DNA of 64,000 nt from Parcubacteria group bacterium M6-OD1-1 (GCA_003056085.1 LSNK01000002.1:42485-106484), one strand, 5' to 3'. Counted from the first letter of the stretch, positions 30,499 to 40,644 are shown. Translations and numbers: made by a program. Notes: generated by a model from the sequence alone, not told the origin.

Positions 30499-30534
30499 AT
30501 TCCTTGTTCGAGGTTCAACCTCGAACAAGGAATT
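30498..30534. repeat. REP-like palindrome family A, copy 2
   Basis: AATTCCTT-GTTCGAGGTT-C-AACCTCGAAC-AAGGAATT. Confidence 0.93.
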
Positions 30535-30535
30535 T

Positions 30536-32161
30536 TTATTTTTTCAAAAGAAGTCTCGCAACTCTCAGCTCATCAAAAGAAAAATCACGACCAAGTATGT
30601 CACGAACAGGCACAAGCTTTGTGTCTTTTGTTTTTAAAAAAGCATTTTTTATCTCCTTTAGTCTGCTTTTTTTAAACTCCGCCTCCAAATATTTTAAATC
30701 CAACTCCTCCCCACCTGCTAAAATCTTTTCCAAATACCCCACAACTGTCCTCTCTTTTATACCTCTTTTTTCTGCAATTTCAGAAATAGAAAGTTTTTTT
30801 TCAACAAGCAGTTTAGTTTTTTTTAGCGTGGAAACATTTTCTTTTTCAGTTTTTTCAACCTTGCCCAAAAATTTATTCAGTTTATCTTTTTTTTCTTCAT
30901 CATCTAACTTCTTAAGCTCGCTTAAAGCTTTCTCTGACGCCTCTTTCAGCTCTTTGTCTAAAAAAAGCGCTTCTTCATTAACTTTAAGAGCCATATTATT
31001 AAGTCCCAAAAGCTTAAGCCCGGAAAGTGAAGAAACGCGCGATAAAGCGACATAGCCCATCCCTTCTACAAATGATCTTGAAAGATCTATTTCAGCGGCG
31101 TCCAAAGTCATCCCTTGGCTTTTGTGTATGGTTATCGCCCAAGCTAAACGCAAAGGTATTTGCCTTACCTGCGCTCGAACTTTCCCATCTTCCTCAACGC
31201 TCCACTCCGCCGGCTCCGCCAATATATTTTTTCCGCTGAAAGTTTTTACCAAAGGCAATCCGGAATCGGAAAATCCAATAACCTCACCAAGCGTTCCATT
31301 GGCATATCCGGTATCAAAATTATTTTTCGTAAACATTACAAAAGCCCCCCTCTTCAAGATAAGTCTTTCAGGCGAAAGACAGCTGTTTTTTAAGCTTTCC
31401 GAAAGCTTTTTATTTCCGGAAAGCTGCATTTGGTAGGACTTTGCCGTCTCAGATATCTTCCTAAGTTCTTTCTCATTAACTCTATCCACATCAAAATTAT
31501 GCGTATGAAGTTTTGTCGCAACAGAACTTTCAACAACTCCATCAAACCTTTTTTGTAAAATATCAAGAGTATTTTTCCTAATTTCTCCGGAGCGAATATC
31601 CTCAAGTACTCCCAGAAGCTCATCTTTATTTTGACGATGCTGTTCACTTAAATAACAAACCTTCAAGTCCATACCGCTCCAAACCTTGGATTTGTTTATA
31701 AAATCCGCTTTTTTACTGCCTTGGCTGATGGGAGGCAGCTGAAAAAAGTCCCCGCAAAGCACAACCTGTAAACCGCCAAACGCAAGATTATTTTCAAAAA
31801 AAGCCTTTAAAACCTCATCCACCAAATCCAATCTAAAAGAGTGAAGCATAGAAACCTCATCAATTATCAAAACTTTAGTTTTTTTAAAACGCCGCGCAAC
31901 TTGCGGTTTTTTAAGCACCTTAAAAACCTCCTCGGGAGAAAGAAAATCACGGATACCAAGCCCGGACCAGGAGTGAATAGTCATCCCGTTCATATGAGTT
32001 GCGGCAACTCCGGTTGAGGCGGTAACTCCAACCCCGACTTTATTTTCTTTTAAAAATTTAATGTATTTATTCAACACAAAAGTCTTCCCGCTCCCGGCAG
32101 AACCCGTCAAAAAAACATTATGCCCCATTTTCAAAATTTCAAGTGTTTCTTTTTGCGTCAT
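30536..32161 (-). CDS. PIF1-family helicase with C-terminal HTH
   Basis: FLTGSAGSGKT, TIHSWSGLG, IDEVSM, FGGLQVVLCGDFFQLPP, PLRLAWAITIHKSQGMTL and YVALSR motifs; probable start MTQK at 32161. Confidence 0.93.
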   Translation of the reverse strand: MTQKETLEILKMGHNVFLTGSAGSGKTFVLNKYIKFLKENKVGVGVTASTGVAATHMNGMTIHSWSGLGIRDFLSPEEVFKVLKKPQVARRFKKTKVLIIDEVSMLHSFRLDLVDEVLKAFFENNLAFGGLQVVLCGDFFQLPPISQGSKKADFINKSKVWSGMDLKVCYLSEQHRQNKDELLGVLEDIRSGEIRKNTLDILQKRFDGVVESSVATKLHTHNFDVDRVNEKELRKISETAKSYQMQLSGNKKLSESLKNSCLSPERLILKRGAFVMFTKNNFDTGYANGTLGEVIGFSDSGLPLVKTFSGKNILAEPAEWSVEEDGKVRAQVRQIPLRLAWAITIHKSQGMTLDAAEIDLSRSFVEGMGYVALSRVSSLSGLKLLGLNNMALKVNEEALFLDKELKEASEKALSELKKLDDEEKKDKLNKFLGKVEKTEKENVSTLKKTKLLVEKKLSISEIAEKRGIKERTVVGYLEKILAGGEELDLKYLEAEFKKSRLKEIKNAFLKTKDTKLVPVRDILGRDFSFDELRVARLLLKK

Positions 32162-32180
32162 AATTTTATTTCCAACCCCC

Positions 32181-32211
32181 CCCATGTTCGAGGTTCAACC
32201 TCGAACATGGG
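32181..32211. repeat. REP-like palindrome family A, copy 3
   Basis: CCCAT-GTTCGAGGTT-C-AACCTCGAAC-ATGGG. Confidence 0.93.
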
Positions 32212-32225
32212 AAAATTGAATTAAA

Positions 32226-35200
32226 TTAGAATTTTTGAGCGGACCACAAAATAAAAGATATATTCCCTGCAATTTCCGCACCTTTGCCGTCTAAATTTAA
32301 AGCGTTATTAAATGGACCTGACTCTTCTCCCCACCAATTGTTTTTTGCACTTATAGGTAAAGATCCTCCACCTCTTACCGTGTATTTACTGATTATGCTT
32401 GGATAAATATTTGAATTAGAAATTGTAATCTTAGACTCTCCTTGAGTATAAAGACTTTCATTTGAAATATTTTTAAATTCTGAATTTAATATAACAACCT
32501 CTCCATCATCTAAGGCAACTATACCTCCTGTATTTTCTTCAAAAACAGTATTAGACATCTCTATACTTCCCCCTCTTGCGAAAATAACTGCCGACTGAAA
32601 AGACCCTTGTAAAGAAAAATTACCTCCATAAGAAAATACAACATTATCAAAAACTGCTATCTTGCTTTTTTCTGTGATGTTTAAAGCCCCCCAAAGTCCG
32701 GCTCGATAACCATTTTCCTCCGTATTTGGAGTTGATAAAGCTGTAAAATATATTTTATTTTCTTTTGTTCCTACAGCTTCTATTTCGCCATTAATTACAA
32801 ATACAGCATTTTGCATCATACTCAAGGTTACCCCGGAAGCTATTGTTAGTTTAGCATTCTCGCCAACACTTAACCAATCAATAACATAGGGAATATCTTT
32901 TTCAAATACAAAATCATCATCAATATTTGCTAAAATTCTTACTCTGCTTTTTTCATCAAAATCATTATCTAAAATAGTCAATCTGCTTCCAATATTCCCT
33001 CTTATAAAAATATTATCCTTATCTCCCTCAAAATTATTTTTTTCTATCTTGAACTCAGAAGTTGTTGCAGTTTTTAAATAAATATCAATAATATTTCCGG
33101 AAAAATTATTTTCTGAAATAACAGAAGATGACTTTTGATCGCCTGCATATATACCATATCCATTGAATTCTCTATTGGAATAAACATTTGGTTCTGTATT
33201 TTTAATTTCACAACCGGATATTTCAGGATAAGAATTTTCTTCTATATTTATTCCGAACGCTTTACTTTCTTCAATTCTACAATTTAAAATTTTAGGACTT
33301 GAATTTTTAATATACAAAGAACCTTTATAATCATCTGAAGAATACCTATTTGAAGCTCCCCCATATCTTATAATAACATTTTCCAAAACAGAATTAGATG
33401 CTTCTTCTCCAAATATTTTAATATTTCTCCACATACCTGACTTTGTTTCTACATCCTGTTTGTCGCTATTATATCCATCCACCTCATCATCTGATATATA
33501 TGTAAAAATAATTTTTTCTTCTTTTGTTCCTTTAGCGCTTAAAGTTCCGTATACAATGATTGGAGTTACTAAAGAATCTTGATAATTCCTATTCCGAGAG
33601 GACTTAATAACGACCCCGGGATCAATTTCAAGCTCTCCGCCTTTTTGAATCGTTATGCTTGACTCCACAATGTACGACATATCATTTTTTGAAAAAATTG
33701 CTTTTGTGCTTGAAGCTATCGCGCCAGCTATATATATCCCGTCTTCTTTATTTTCATCTTTATTATTTTTTATCTTAATATTAAAAGAATTTGAATATAT
33801 GTCTATATTTCTTTCGTTTCCGGAAAAAATATTATTTTTTATTATCAATGGAGTACTTGATGCTGATTTAGAAACTATACCTTTGTTATTATTTTCAAAA
33901 ATACTATCCAAAATTTCTGCTGTTGAACTTGCATCTTTTATATAAATTCCATATCCGTTTTGCGCTTTGTTGTTTATGTAGCTTGCATCAGTATTCTTTA
34001 TAGAACAATTTGCTATTTTGGGGTTCGAACCATCTTTTATATAAATTCCATATCTACTCGAATTATCAATAACACAATTTTCTATTTTTGGACTTGAGCT
34101 GAATACACTTAAAGCGCCCTCGGACACAAAACTCATCTGAAATCTTTTTGCCGCTCCTCCATATTTTATTTGAATATTTTTCAAAACTGACTCCTCTCCT
34201 GTATTTTCGAAAACTATCCCTCTCCAATCTCCAAAAACAGGCTCTCTATTTTCCAATTGGTCAGAATTAACTCCGTCTGCTTCATCATCAAAAAATGAAG
34301 TAAATATTATATCTTCATTTTCCACTCCTTTAGCATCTAAAATTCCATTTACCAATAAAAAAGACTCTGTATTTTGATTTGACTTTACACCTCCAAACTT
34401 AACTGTCACTCCCGGCTCTATGATTAAAGTTACACCTTTTTGAATAGCAATTCCATAATTTATATAATAAGGACTCGCTTCTTTTGACCAAAAAGTATCT
34501 TTTTCTATATTTTTACCTATATGTGTATAAAGCCCTGAAACGCTATTCTTTCTTCCTGGAGTCCCCAAAATTTCATTTTCTGAAGCATCTTTTGCAAAAA
34601 CATCACCAGAAAAATCAAGCCAGTTTAAAGCATCGTCACCTTCTGAATAAACACTGACACGCTCCATTGTTCTTTTTTCTGAATTATCACCGGCATGCCA
34701 CTTATTTGTAAAATCAATTAAATCTCCTTTATTATCTCTTAAAAATAAATCCGATCCCAACCCAATATTATTCATAGCTCCGGTATAAAGTTGATTTTCT
34801 TTAATGTCAGTCGTTGTGCTTGCTGTTCTTTCAAGTAGATAATATCCTTTCGGCTCTATCACACCGGTAAGTTCAATAGAAAAATTTTTTGAATTTTTAA
34901 GAGTCCAACCGGAAAGATTTATTTCATAGTCCATTTTATTGTAAAGCTCTATCCACTCATCACTTGAGTCTGCACTTGTCCCCATCCATGCAATTTCATT
35001 TATAACCACCGGGACTTTATAAGACAAAAACTGCATTAAAGCCCAATTTGATTCTATCTTATTTTCTATATTTTTTGCCTTTACCCGAAAAATATATTTT
35101 ACATCATCTCCTGTTGTTAAAAACTCAACTGTCGTTGAGCTTGTTTGATCCTCTATATCCTGCCAATCCTCTTGAAAATTTGTTTTATATTGCAAATCAT

Positions 35201-37028
35201 AAACTATACTTTCTGTACTTGAGGCATTCTCAAATTCCGCTCCAAAACTTAAGACCACTTTCTTTTTACTAACATCATAACTGCTTAATATTAAAAATGG
35301 ATCTCCTAAAACTAAAATCTTTTTAGTCGAAGATGCTATTTTATCAAGTACATCTTCAGTAGAGGATGCTATTTCTCCTGCGAGAACACTCTCCGTTGAC
35401 GATGCTATTTCGTTAATTATATTTTTGGTTGACGACGCTGTATCTTCAGCTAAAACATCACCCATTGGATCTTCTTTTTGTTTTTCAACTTCAATAACCA
35501 AACCGGCAGAGGCGCTGGCCGAACCACCGGAAAAAACAGGTACCACATTAACACCACCCAAAAAATTAGCTGGCACCTCCACAATATCATATTCACTCTC
35601 CACCACTTCATCCTTAGTCACCACTTCAACCTCATCATTCTCCACTAAAACACTTTCATCCCCCACTTTAACATCGTCTTCCACCACTTTAGTCTGAGTA
35701 GTTTCTTGGGTTAATGGTAACGCTTCGGGAACAAGAACATCAAAATCAACTTTCGGAGCGCTCTGTTTGGCGTCTTTTGCACTCTCAACCACTACATCTA
35801 TAATCTTCTCATTAATAATTTTAGAATCTTCTTTTTGATTTTTATTAACTTCTAATAAAACATTATTTTTTACATTATTTTGAGTGTTGTTTGGAAAAAT
35901 AGAAATAAAACTCGCAGATAATTTACTATTCATGTTACTCGCGAAACTTTTAACACCATCAAAAATATCAATAGCTTCATCTTTAATATTTTCAACAACT
36001 TTTACAATTAAACTTTTATTTTTATTATATAAAGCAAATGTTTGTTTTTCTTTTTTAACCTCTTTAAAAAATAACTCAATCACACCGGCACCGTGTAAAA
36101 CAGCTTGCTTGGAAAGAAGATTCCAATAATCATTTAAAATTAAATCATCGTAATCTTTCAAAGAATATAAATCTTCAAAATCAAGTATCGCAAAATTAAA
36201 TTCTCTTTTAATTTTAACAAGTAAGTAGTTGTCTTTATAAAGAAATCTATAACTTTTTCCATCACTTAACAAAATTTCTTTTTCATTTTTGTTTATAACT
36301 GGCTCAATAAATATATCATTATTTATTGTATTCCTACTAAAAAAGTTATTATTTGAATAATTAGCAATACTATCAAAATATTCATCCAAAGAATTTAGTT
36401 TTATCTCTTCTTGACCTTCCAACTTACTTGCAATATCTATAGTTGATAAACTAAATTTTTTAGCCCAATTTTCATAAATACTTCTTTGATGAAAAACAGA
36501 ATCTAAAATTGGAGGATGAGCATCATTTCTTGTATGCGCAGGAACGGACGCATCTTCAATTAAGTGTAAAATATGTCCTAAAGATTTCATTGCCCTTTGT
36601 CTATCTCCATAAACATACTCATAAATAGCTCTGTCCCAGGAAAAATCAGAACCAAAACTAAAATAATCACGCAACAAATTGAAAAGACCTGCCTGACTTT
36701 TTGATAATGAAGCCTGCTTTTCCGTGCTTTGTGCCCAGATTTTTGAGGTAACACCACCTTTCATGGCTTTATTATTAATTGGATCATAAAAATGATTTAA
36801 AGCTCTTGTCCCTGGACTATCTTCATCTACGCTCCCCTGCATAATATTAATCTCGTCATTCTTACTAATTTTTTCAGGATATTTACTTTTATAAAATTTT
36901 ACCATCTCTTGAGTTAGCCCTCTATGTGTAGTTTCCGGACTGTAAGCATACAAAAAAACAGGAATAGTAAAAAATATTATTCCCACAAAAACATATTTTA
37001 TTACATTTATAAGCTTTCTATTTTCCAT
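32226..37028 (-). CDS. 1600-aa secreted protein: Zn phospholipase C/P1-nuclease-like domain, lamin-tail domain, parallel beta-helix repeats
   Basis: Signal peptide then AYSPETTH, GSVDED, NHFYDP, LGHILHLIEDASVPAH; INEIAWMG; repeated L.IEPGV..K and FTS..DD. Confidence 0.75.
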   Translation of the reverse strand: MENRKLINVIKYVFVGIIFFTIPVFLYAYSPETTHRGLTQEMVKFYKSKYPEKISKNDEINIMQGSVDEDSPGTRALNHFYDPINNKAMKGGVTSKIWAQSTEKQASLSKSQAGLFNLLRDYFSFGSDFSWDRAIYEYVYGDRQRAMKSLGHILHLIEDASVPAHTRNDAHPPILDSVFHQRSIYENWAKKFSLSTIDIASKLEGQEEIKLNSLDEYFDSIANYSNNNFFSRNTINNDIFIEPVINKNEKEILLSDGKSYRFLYKDNYLLVKIKREFNFAILDFEDLYSLKDYDDLILNDYWNLLSKQAVLHGAGVIELFFKEVKKEKQTFALYNKNKSLIVKVVENIKDEAIDIFDGVKSFASNMNSKLSASFISIFPNNTQNNVKNNVLLEVNKNQKEDSKIINEKIIDVVVESAKDAKQSAPKVDFDVLVPEALPLTQETTQTKVVEDDVKVGDESVLVENDEVEVVTKDEVVESEYDIVEVPANFLGGVNVVPVFSGGSASASAGLVIEVEKQKEDPMGDVLAEDTASSTKNIINEIASSTESVLAGEIASSTEDVLDKIASSTKKILVLGDPFLILSSYDVSKKKVVLSFGAEFENASSTESIVYDLQYKTNFQEDWQDIEDQTSSTTVEFLTTGDDVKYIFRVKAKNIENKIESNWALMQFLSYKVPVVINEIAWMGTSADSSDEWIELYNKMDYEINLSGWTLKNSKNFSIELTGVIEPKGYYLLERTASTTTDIKENQLYTGAMNNIGLGSDLFLRDNKGDLIDFTNKWHAGDNSEKRTMERVSVYSEGDDALNWLDFSGDVFAKDASENEILGTPGRKNSVSGLYTHIGKNIEKDTFWSKEASPYYINYGIAIQKGVTLIIEPGVTVKFGGVKSNQNTESFLLVNGILDAKGVENEDIIFTSFFDDEADGVNSDQLENREPVFGDWRGIVFENTGEESVLKNIQIKYGGAAKRFQMSFVSEGALSVFSSSPKIENCVIDNSSRYGIYIKDGSNPKIANCSIKNTDASYINNKAQNGYGIYIKDASSTAEILDSIFENNNKGIVSKSASSTPLIIKNNIFSGNERNIDIYSNSFNIKIKNNKDENKEDGIYIAGAIASSTKAIFSKNDMSYIVESSITIQKGGELEIDPGVVIKSSRNRNYQDSLVTPIIVYGTLSAKGTKEEKIIFTYISDDEVDGYNSDKQDVETKSGMWRNIKIFGEEASNSVLENVIIRYGGASNRYSSDDYKGSLYIKNSSPKILNCRIEESKAFGINIEENSYPEISGCEIKNTEPNVYSNREFNGYGIYAGDQKSSSVISENNFSGNIIDIYLKTATTSEFKIEKNNFEGDKDNIFIRGNIGSRLTILDNDFDEKSRVRILANIDDDFVFEKDIPYVIDWLSVGENAKLTIASGVTLSMMQNAVFVINGEIEAVGTKENKIYFTALSTPNTEENGYRAGLWGALNITEKSKIAVFDNVVFSYGGNFSLQGSFQSAVIFARGGSIEMSNTVFEENTGGIVALDDGEVVILNSEFKNISNESLYTQGESKITISNSNIYPSIISKYTVRGGGSLPISAKNNWWGEESGPFNNALNLDGKGAEIAGNISFILWSAQKF

Positions 37029-37603
37029 ACTTTATTATTTTTTAAAAATATAATTGTATTACTAATTTTTTCTCCAGCAGGTATTGTAAATATAACATTA
37101 CCATCCTCATCCATTAATGGCTTTGTTTTTTCTACTATGTATTCTAAAATATAAACCATATAATCATCTGAATTTAAGGAAGAATTGGATTTTATTAATA
37201 CAGATTTTTCTAACTGATTAATCTTTACTTGCAACTCATTATTCTCTTTCCCAACCTTAAATTGCTCAGCCATTTGCTGCTGCTTCTCCACAATAAAATA
37301 TTTAGCCGCCAATTCTGTGTTCCCAGCTTTTAAAGCATTAATAAAAAGCTGTAAAGTCTCTTTCGGAGTACTTCCACCATATGTATCTTTCTCATACTCT
37401 TTTTTTAATCCTTCATAATATTCTAAATATTCTTTTTGAGAAGAAAATCCAATATTTTCTGAAGGTATAAATTCTTCTTTTGTTATACTTTCTAAAAAAA
37501 CAAATATCAATCCTCCAACTATTAATAACAATACAAAAACTATTGATATTATTTTGATCTTTAAATTTTTAATAATTTTCTTTTTCTGTATATTCTCTTT
37601 CAT
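37007..37603 (-). CDS. Membrane-anchored hypothetical protein
   Basis: N-terminal TM; DTYGGSTPKETLQLFINALK.G..ELA.KYF; C-terminal WKIESL. Confidence 0.75.
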   Translation of the reverse strand: MKENIQKKKIIKNLKIKIISIVFVLLLIVGGLIFVFLESITKEEFIPSENIGFSSQKEYLEYYEGLKKEYEKDTYGGSTPKETLQLFINALKAGNTELAAKYFIVEKQQQMAEQFKVGKENNELQVKINQLEKSVLIKSNSSLNSDDYMVYILEYIVEKTKPLMDEDGNVIFTIPAGEKISNTIIFLKNNKVWKIESL

Positions 37604-37704
37604 GTCCTTTAAAATTAATATTTAATATTTATTTAAAATTAGTTATATTATTTAAAATTAATATCAATCCCAAAACATCATTACTCCCATCTATATTCGA
37701 TGTC

Positions 37705-37731
37705 TATGTTCGAGGTTCAACCTCGAACATA
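37705..37731. repeat. REP-like palindrome family A, copy 4
   Basis: TAT-GTTCGAGGTT-C-AACCTCGAAC-ATA, 21 bp past the transposase-1 stop. Confidence 0.93.
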
Positions 37732-37752
37732 TAAAAGATATTTGATTTTTCT

Positions 37753-38448
37753 TTATTCCAATATTAAATCTTTTAAAAATTTCTCATTATTTTTCCCTAT
37801 CCAATTTCTTATAAATTCCATCATTTCCTCATTATTTTTCCAATAATTAGGAAAAGTTTCCTTGTTAATTATTTTATCTGAAAAATCATCTTTTAAATAA
37901 TTTTTATAACTTGACCATTTATATCCCTCTATAAACTTAATTGCATCATCAATATTTAAAATTCCATTTTCCTTCCATTTTGACTCCACCAAATCCAGTG
38001 GATTTATATGAATATATACAAATAAATGCCTCAAATACTCATCCTTGCTAATATGAACAGCTTTAAATCTTCCCTCAAACAAAGATCCCGTTCTTTTATT
38101 TTTTTTATTAAAATACATAGTGTATCCAGTGCCAAGCTTTCTCATGAACTCAGTGATTCCTCCCTCTTTATTTTCCCTAATCAATAAATGAAAATGATTT
38201 GGCATAAAGCAATACAAAACAACATCAACTAATTTTTCTTGATCCCCTCCCATCCCAAGGTCTTCATGTTCGAGGTTCAACCTCGAACATGAAGACCTTG
38301 TAAGTTTTGAAGGCTTATTAGAATTAAACTCTCTAAGTCCTAATTTAAATCTTTCATAAAATTTCGGACCTAAAAAAATATTGCGCTTGTCAACACCTCT
38401 ATTATATATATGATAGTATTCTCCTTGTTCAAATTTATGTTTTCTCAT
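37753..38448 (-). mobile_element. REP-associated-type tyrosine (HUH/Y1, IS200-like) transposase 1
   Basis: GEYYHIYNRGVDKRNIF, HUH motif YCFMPNHFHLL, YFNKK..R.GSLFEGRFK, catalytic YIHINP, YKWSSY. Confidence 0.93.
38256..38300. repeat. REP-like palindrome family A, copy 5, inside transposase 1 (45 bp, 22-bp arms)
   Basis: CAAGGTCTTCAT-GTTCGAGGTT-C-AACCTCGAAC-ATGAAGACCTTG. Confidence 0.95.
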
Positions 38449-38490
38449 AATATTTTATTATCATTATTCCCCTCCTATGCTCTACCCTTT

Positions 38491-38515
38491 ATGTTCGAGG
38501 TTGAACCTCGAACAT
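38491..38515. repeat. REP-like palindrome family A, copy 6
   Basis: AT-GTTCGAGGTT-G-AACCTCGAAC-AT upstream of transposase 1. Confidence 0.93.
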
Positions 38516-38526
38516 GGGAGATTTTT

Positions 38527-40614
38527 CTATTTAATTTTTCCTTCTTTTATGTCTTTAATAAATTGAGTAGCACGAGCTCTTTCCTTCGGGAAAAGCTCTA
38601 TTATTTTTTTAGTGGTTTTTATGGCTCTTTCTTCCTCGCCCATTTTTGCAAAAGCGACAGCCACGTCTATATATTGCTTCGTTGAGAGCTTTCTTGTATT
38701 TAAAATATTATTATAAACATCTATGGATTTTTGTTTTTGACCAAGTTTTGCATAATTAAACGCGAGCGTCATTTCAAATTTAAGACTACCCGTAAGTTCT
38801 GCCGCTTTTTTTAAGTTTCTAAGCGCTTCTTCATTTTCTCCCAAAAGAGCCTTTATTCTATACCTTTGAAGATACAAAGTTGGTTTTTGCGGAGCAAATT
38901 CCAAAGATTTTTCCAAAACTTTGTCGGCTTCCAAAAGAAGATCTCTGTTTTCTCTATCCACCGCTGCCATACTTGAAAGAAATAGATAATATCTAAAATT
39001 ATCCGGCTCTTCTTTTGCTGTTTTTCTTAACTCTTCTTCAGTTTTATCAAAAAATCTCCTTTTTTGTTCTTCCGGCATATTTTTTATTTTTGTGATTTTC
39101 TGAGCGTATTCAACCATCCTTGAACGCATTTCAGGCTTTCCCATAAGAGCTGTTTCTAAAGATTTCTCAAAATATCCCAAAGCTTCATCTGACCTTGAGG
39201 GATGCAGCTGTAACGCCTGGATGCCAAAATAAGAAGACTGAGCGGGTTTGACATTGAAGCCATAGATCAAAAAACCCAAAATAACAATAAGCAAAACAGC
39301 CGGTTGTATCGGAATATTTGCTTTTTTGTCTGCAATTTCCTCTTTTTCTGATGTTAAAAATACAAAAAATGCGAGTAAAAAGAAAAATGATAAATAAGTA
39401 ACCAAACTGTCAAAAACAAATATATTTTGGAAAAAATAAGCAAAAAGCAAAGCCATAAAAAGATAACTCACAAAGAAATTATCTTCATTTTTCCTCCTGT
39501 ACTGCAAAAGCAAATAGATAGCCGCGGCAAATATAGCCAAGTAACTTAAAAGACCCACAAAGCCGGCTGAAGACAAAGTGTCAAAAATTATATTATGCGC
39601 ATGATCAAACCAACTCTCTGCCGGATAAAGTCTTGGGTCATAGTATTTGTCAAAAATCAAATTGTAATTTTCCATTCCCCAACCCAAAACAGGATGCTCT
39701 TTAACCCCTTCCCAGCTTACACCGGCTGACAAAATTCTTGTTTTTGTGGTTGAATCTGTTAAAGATATGGAAGTTAATCTTTTTATAGGCTCCAAAAACG
39801 CATTTGCATTAAACAAAGCCAATATCAAAACCAAAAATAACCCCTTCAATATCCAATTAAATATTTTATTTTTTGCAGGATTAAGCCATTCTTTCAAATT
39901 TGATTTGTTTTTAAAGAAAAATGCTCCGCCCAAGAACAAAAATGACGCTAAAACGCCCAAAATAGCCCCTCTTGTTGAACTTAAATACAAAGCCAACAAA
40001 CTCACAAATAAAGAAACTCCATAAAAATATTTGAACTTATTTTTATCCGAAAACAGCAAAAACATCGCGAAAAAAGCATTAAACATCATATAAGCCGAGA
40101 AAAATGCGGCGTTTCCTATTGTGGCGTCTATTCTATTGGTCCCGGAGTTATATAAAAAAGAAAATCCTATTTTTTGTCCAAGCCCATACAAACCGACGAT
40201 AAAACCTGCCGCCAAAAAAGACCTGAAAAGAAAAATCCAATCTCTTTTTTTTAAAAATATAGATTTTGCAATCAAAAAAAGCGCCACAAAATGCGCTAAA
40301 TTAAAAATCCCCAGCATCCTTTCAAATGTTCCAAAAAAACTTCTAAAAATATTTTCTCCAAAAATTGCAGCTATAGTAAAAACGCCAAGAAAAACCAAAA
40401 CACTCTTTGTCAGCACATCAAACTTAGGAAGATAAGATTTATTTGAAATCGCTAAAATAATATATAAAAACAGCGCCACCTCTATCAAAACCTGAAAAAC
40501 CAATGTTTTAGGAACTATAAATGGAAAATAAAACTGATCCAAAACAATAAGAGGAGTGAAAAAAGACGTCGCAATAATCCATTTTATTATATTTACGATG
40601 GTTGATTCTTTCAT
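38527..40614 (-). CDS. O-antigen ligase/oligosaccharyltransferase-like (Wzy_C) protein with TPR tail
   Basis: Multi-TM; TIGNA, TRGA, P.LGWG.ENY and FDHAHN motifs; helical TPR-like C-terminus. Confidence 0.88.
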   Translation of the reverse strand: MKESTIVNIIKWIIATSFFTPLIVLDQFYFPFIVPKTLVFQVLIEVALFLYIILAISNKSYLPKFDVLTKSVLVFLGVFTIAAIFGENIFRSFFGTFERMLGIFNLAHFVALFLIAKSIFLKKRDWIFLFRSFLAAGFIVGLYGLGQKIGFSFLYNSGTNRIDATIGNAAFFSAYMMFNAFFAMFLLFSDKNKFKYFYGVSLFVSLLALYLSSTRGAILGVLASFLFLGGAFFFKNKSNLKEWLNPAKNKIFNWILKGLFLVLILALFNANAFLEPIKRLTSISLTDSTTKTRILSAGVSWEGVKEHPVLGWGMENYNLIFDKYYDPRLYPAESWFDHAHNIIFDTLSSAGFVGLLSYLAIFAAAIYLLLQYRRKNEDNFFVSYLFMALLFAYFFQNIFVFDSLVTYLSFFFLLAFFVFLTSEKEEIADKKANIPIQPAVLLIVILGFLIYGFNVKPAQSSYFGIQALQLHPSRSDEALGYFEKSLETALMGKPEMRSRMVEYAQKITKIKNMPEEQKRRFFDKTEEELRKTAKEEPDNFRYYLFLSSMAAVDRENRDLLLEADKVLEKSLEFAPQKPTLYLQRYRIKALLGENEEALRNLKKAAELTGSLKFEMTLAFNYAKLGQKQKSIDVYNNILNTRKLSTKQYIDVAVAFAKMGEEERAIKTTKKIIELFPKERARATQFIKDIKEGKIK

Positions 40615-40644
40615 TTTTTATTTTAGAGTTTATGCGTTCAATGG

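Noticed and set aside
32162-32185. ORF-track start MGGVGNKI for the PIF1 helicase
   Set aside because: That ATG is supplied by the palindrome arm; MTQKE at 32161 is the more plausible start.
37705-38515. Canonical IS200/IS605 element
   Set aside because: The proteins are ~230 aa with RAYT-type motifs, there is no tnpB, and the hairpins are dispersed rather than only subterminal.
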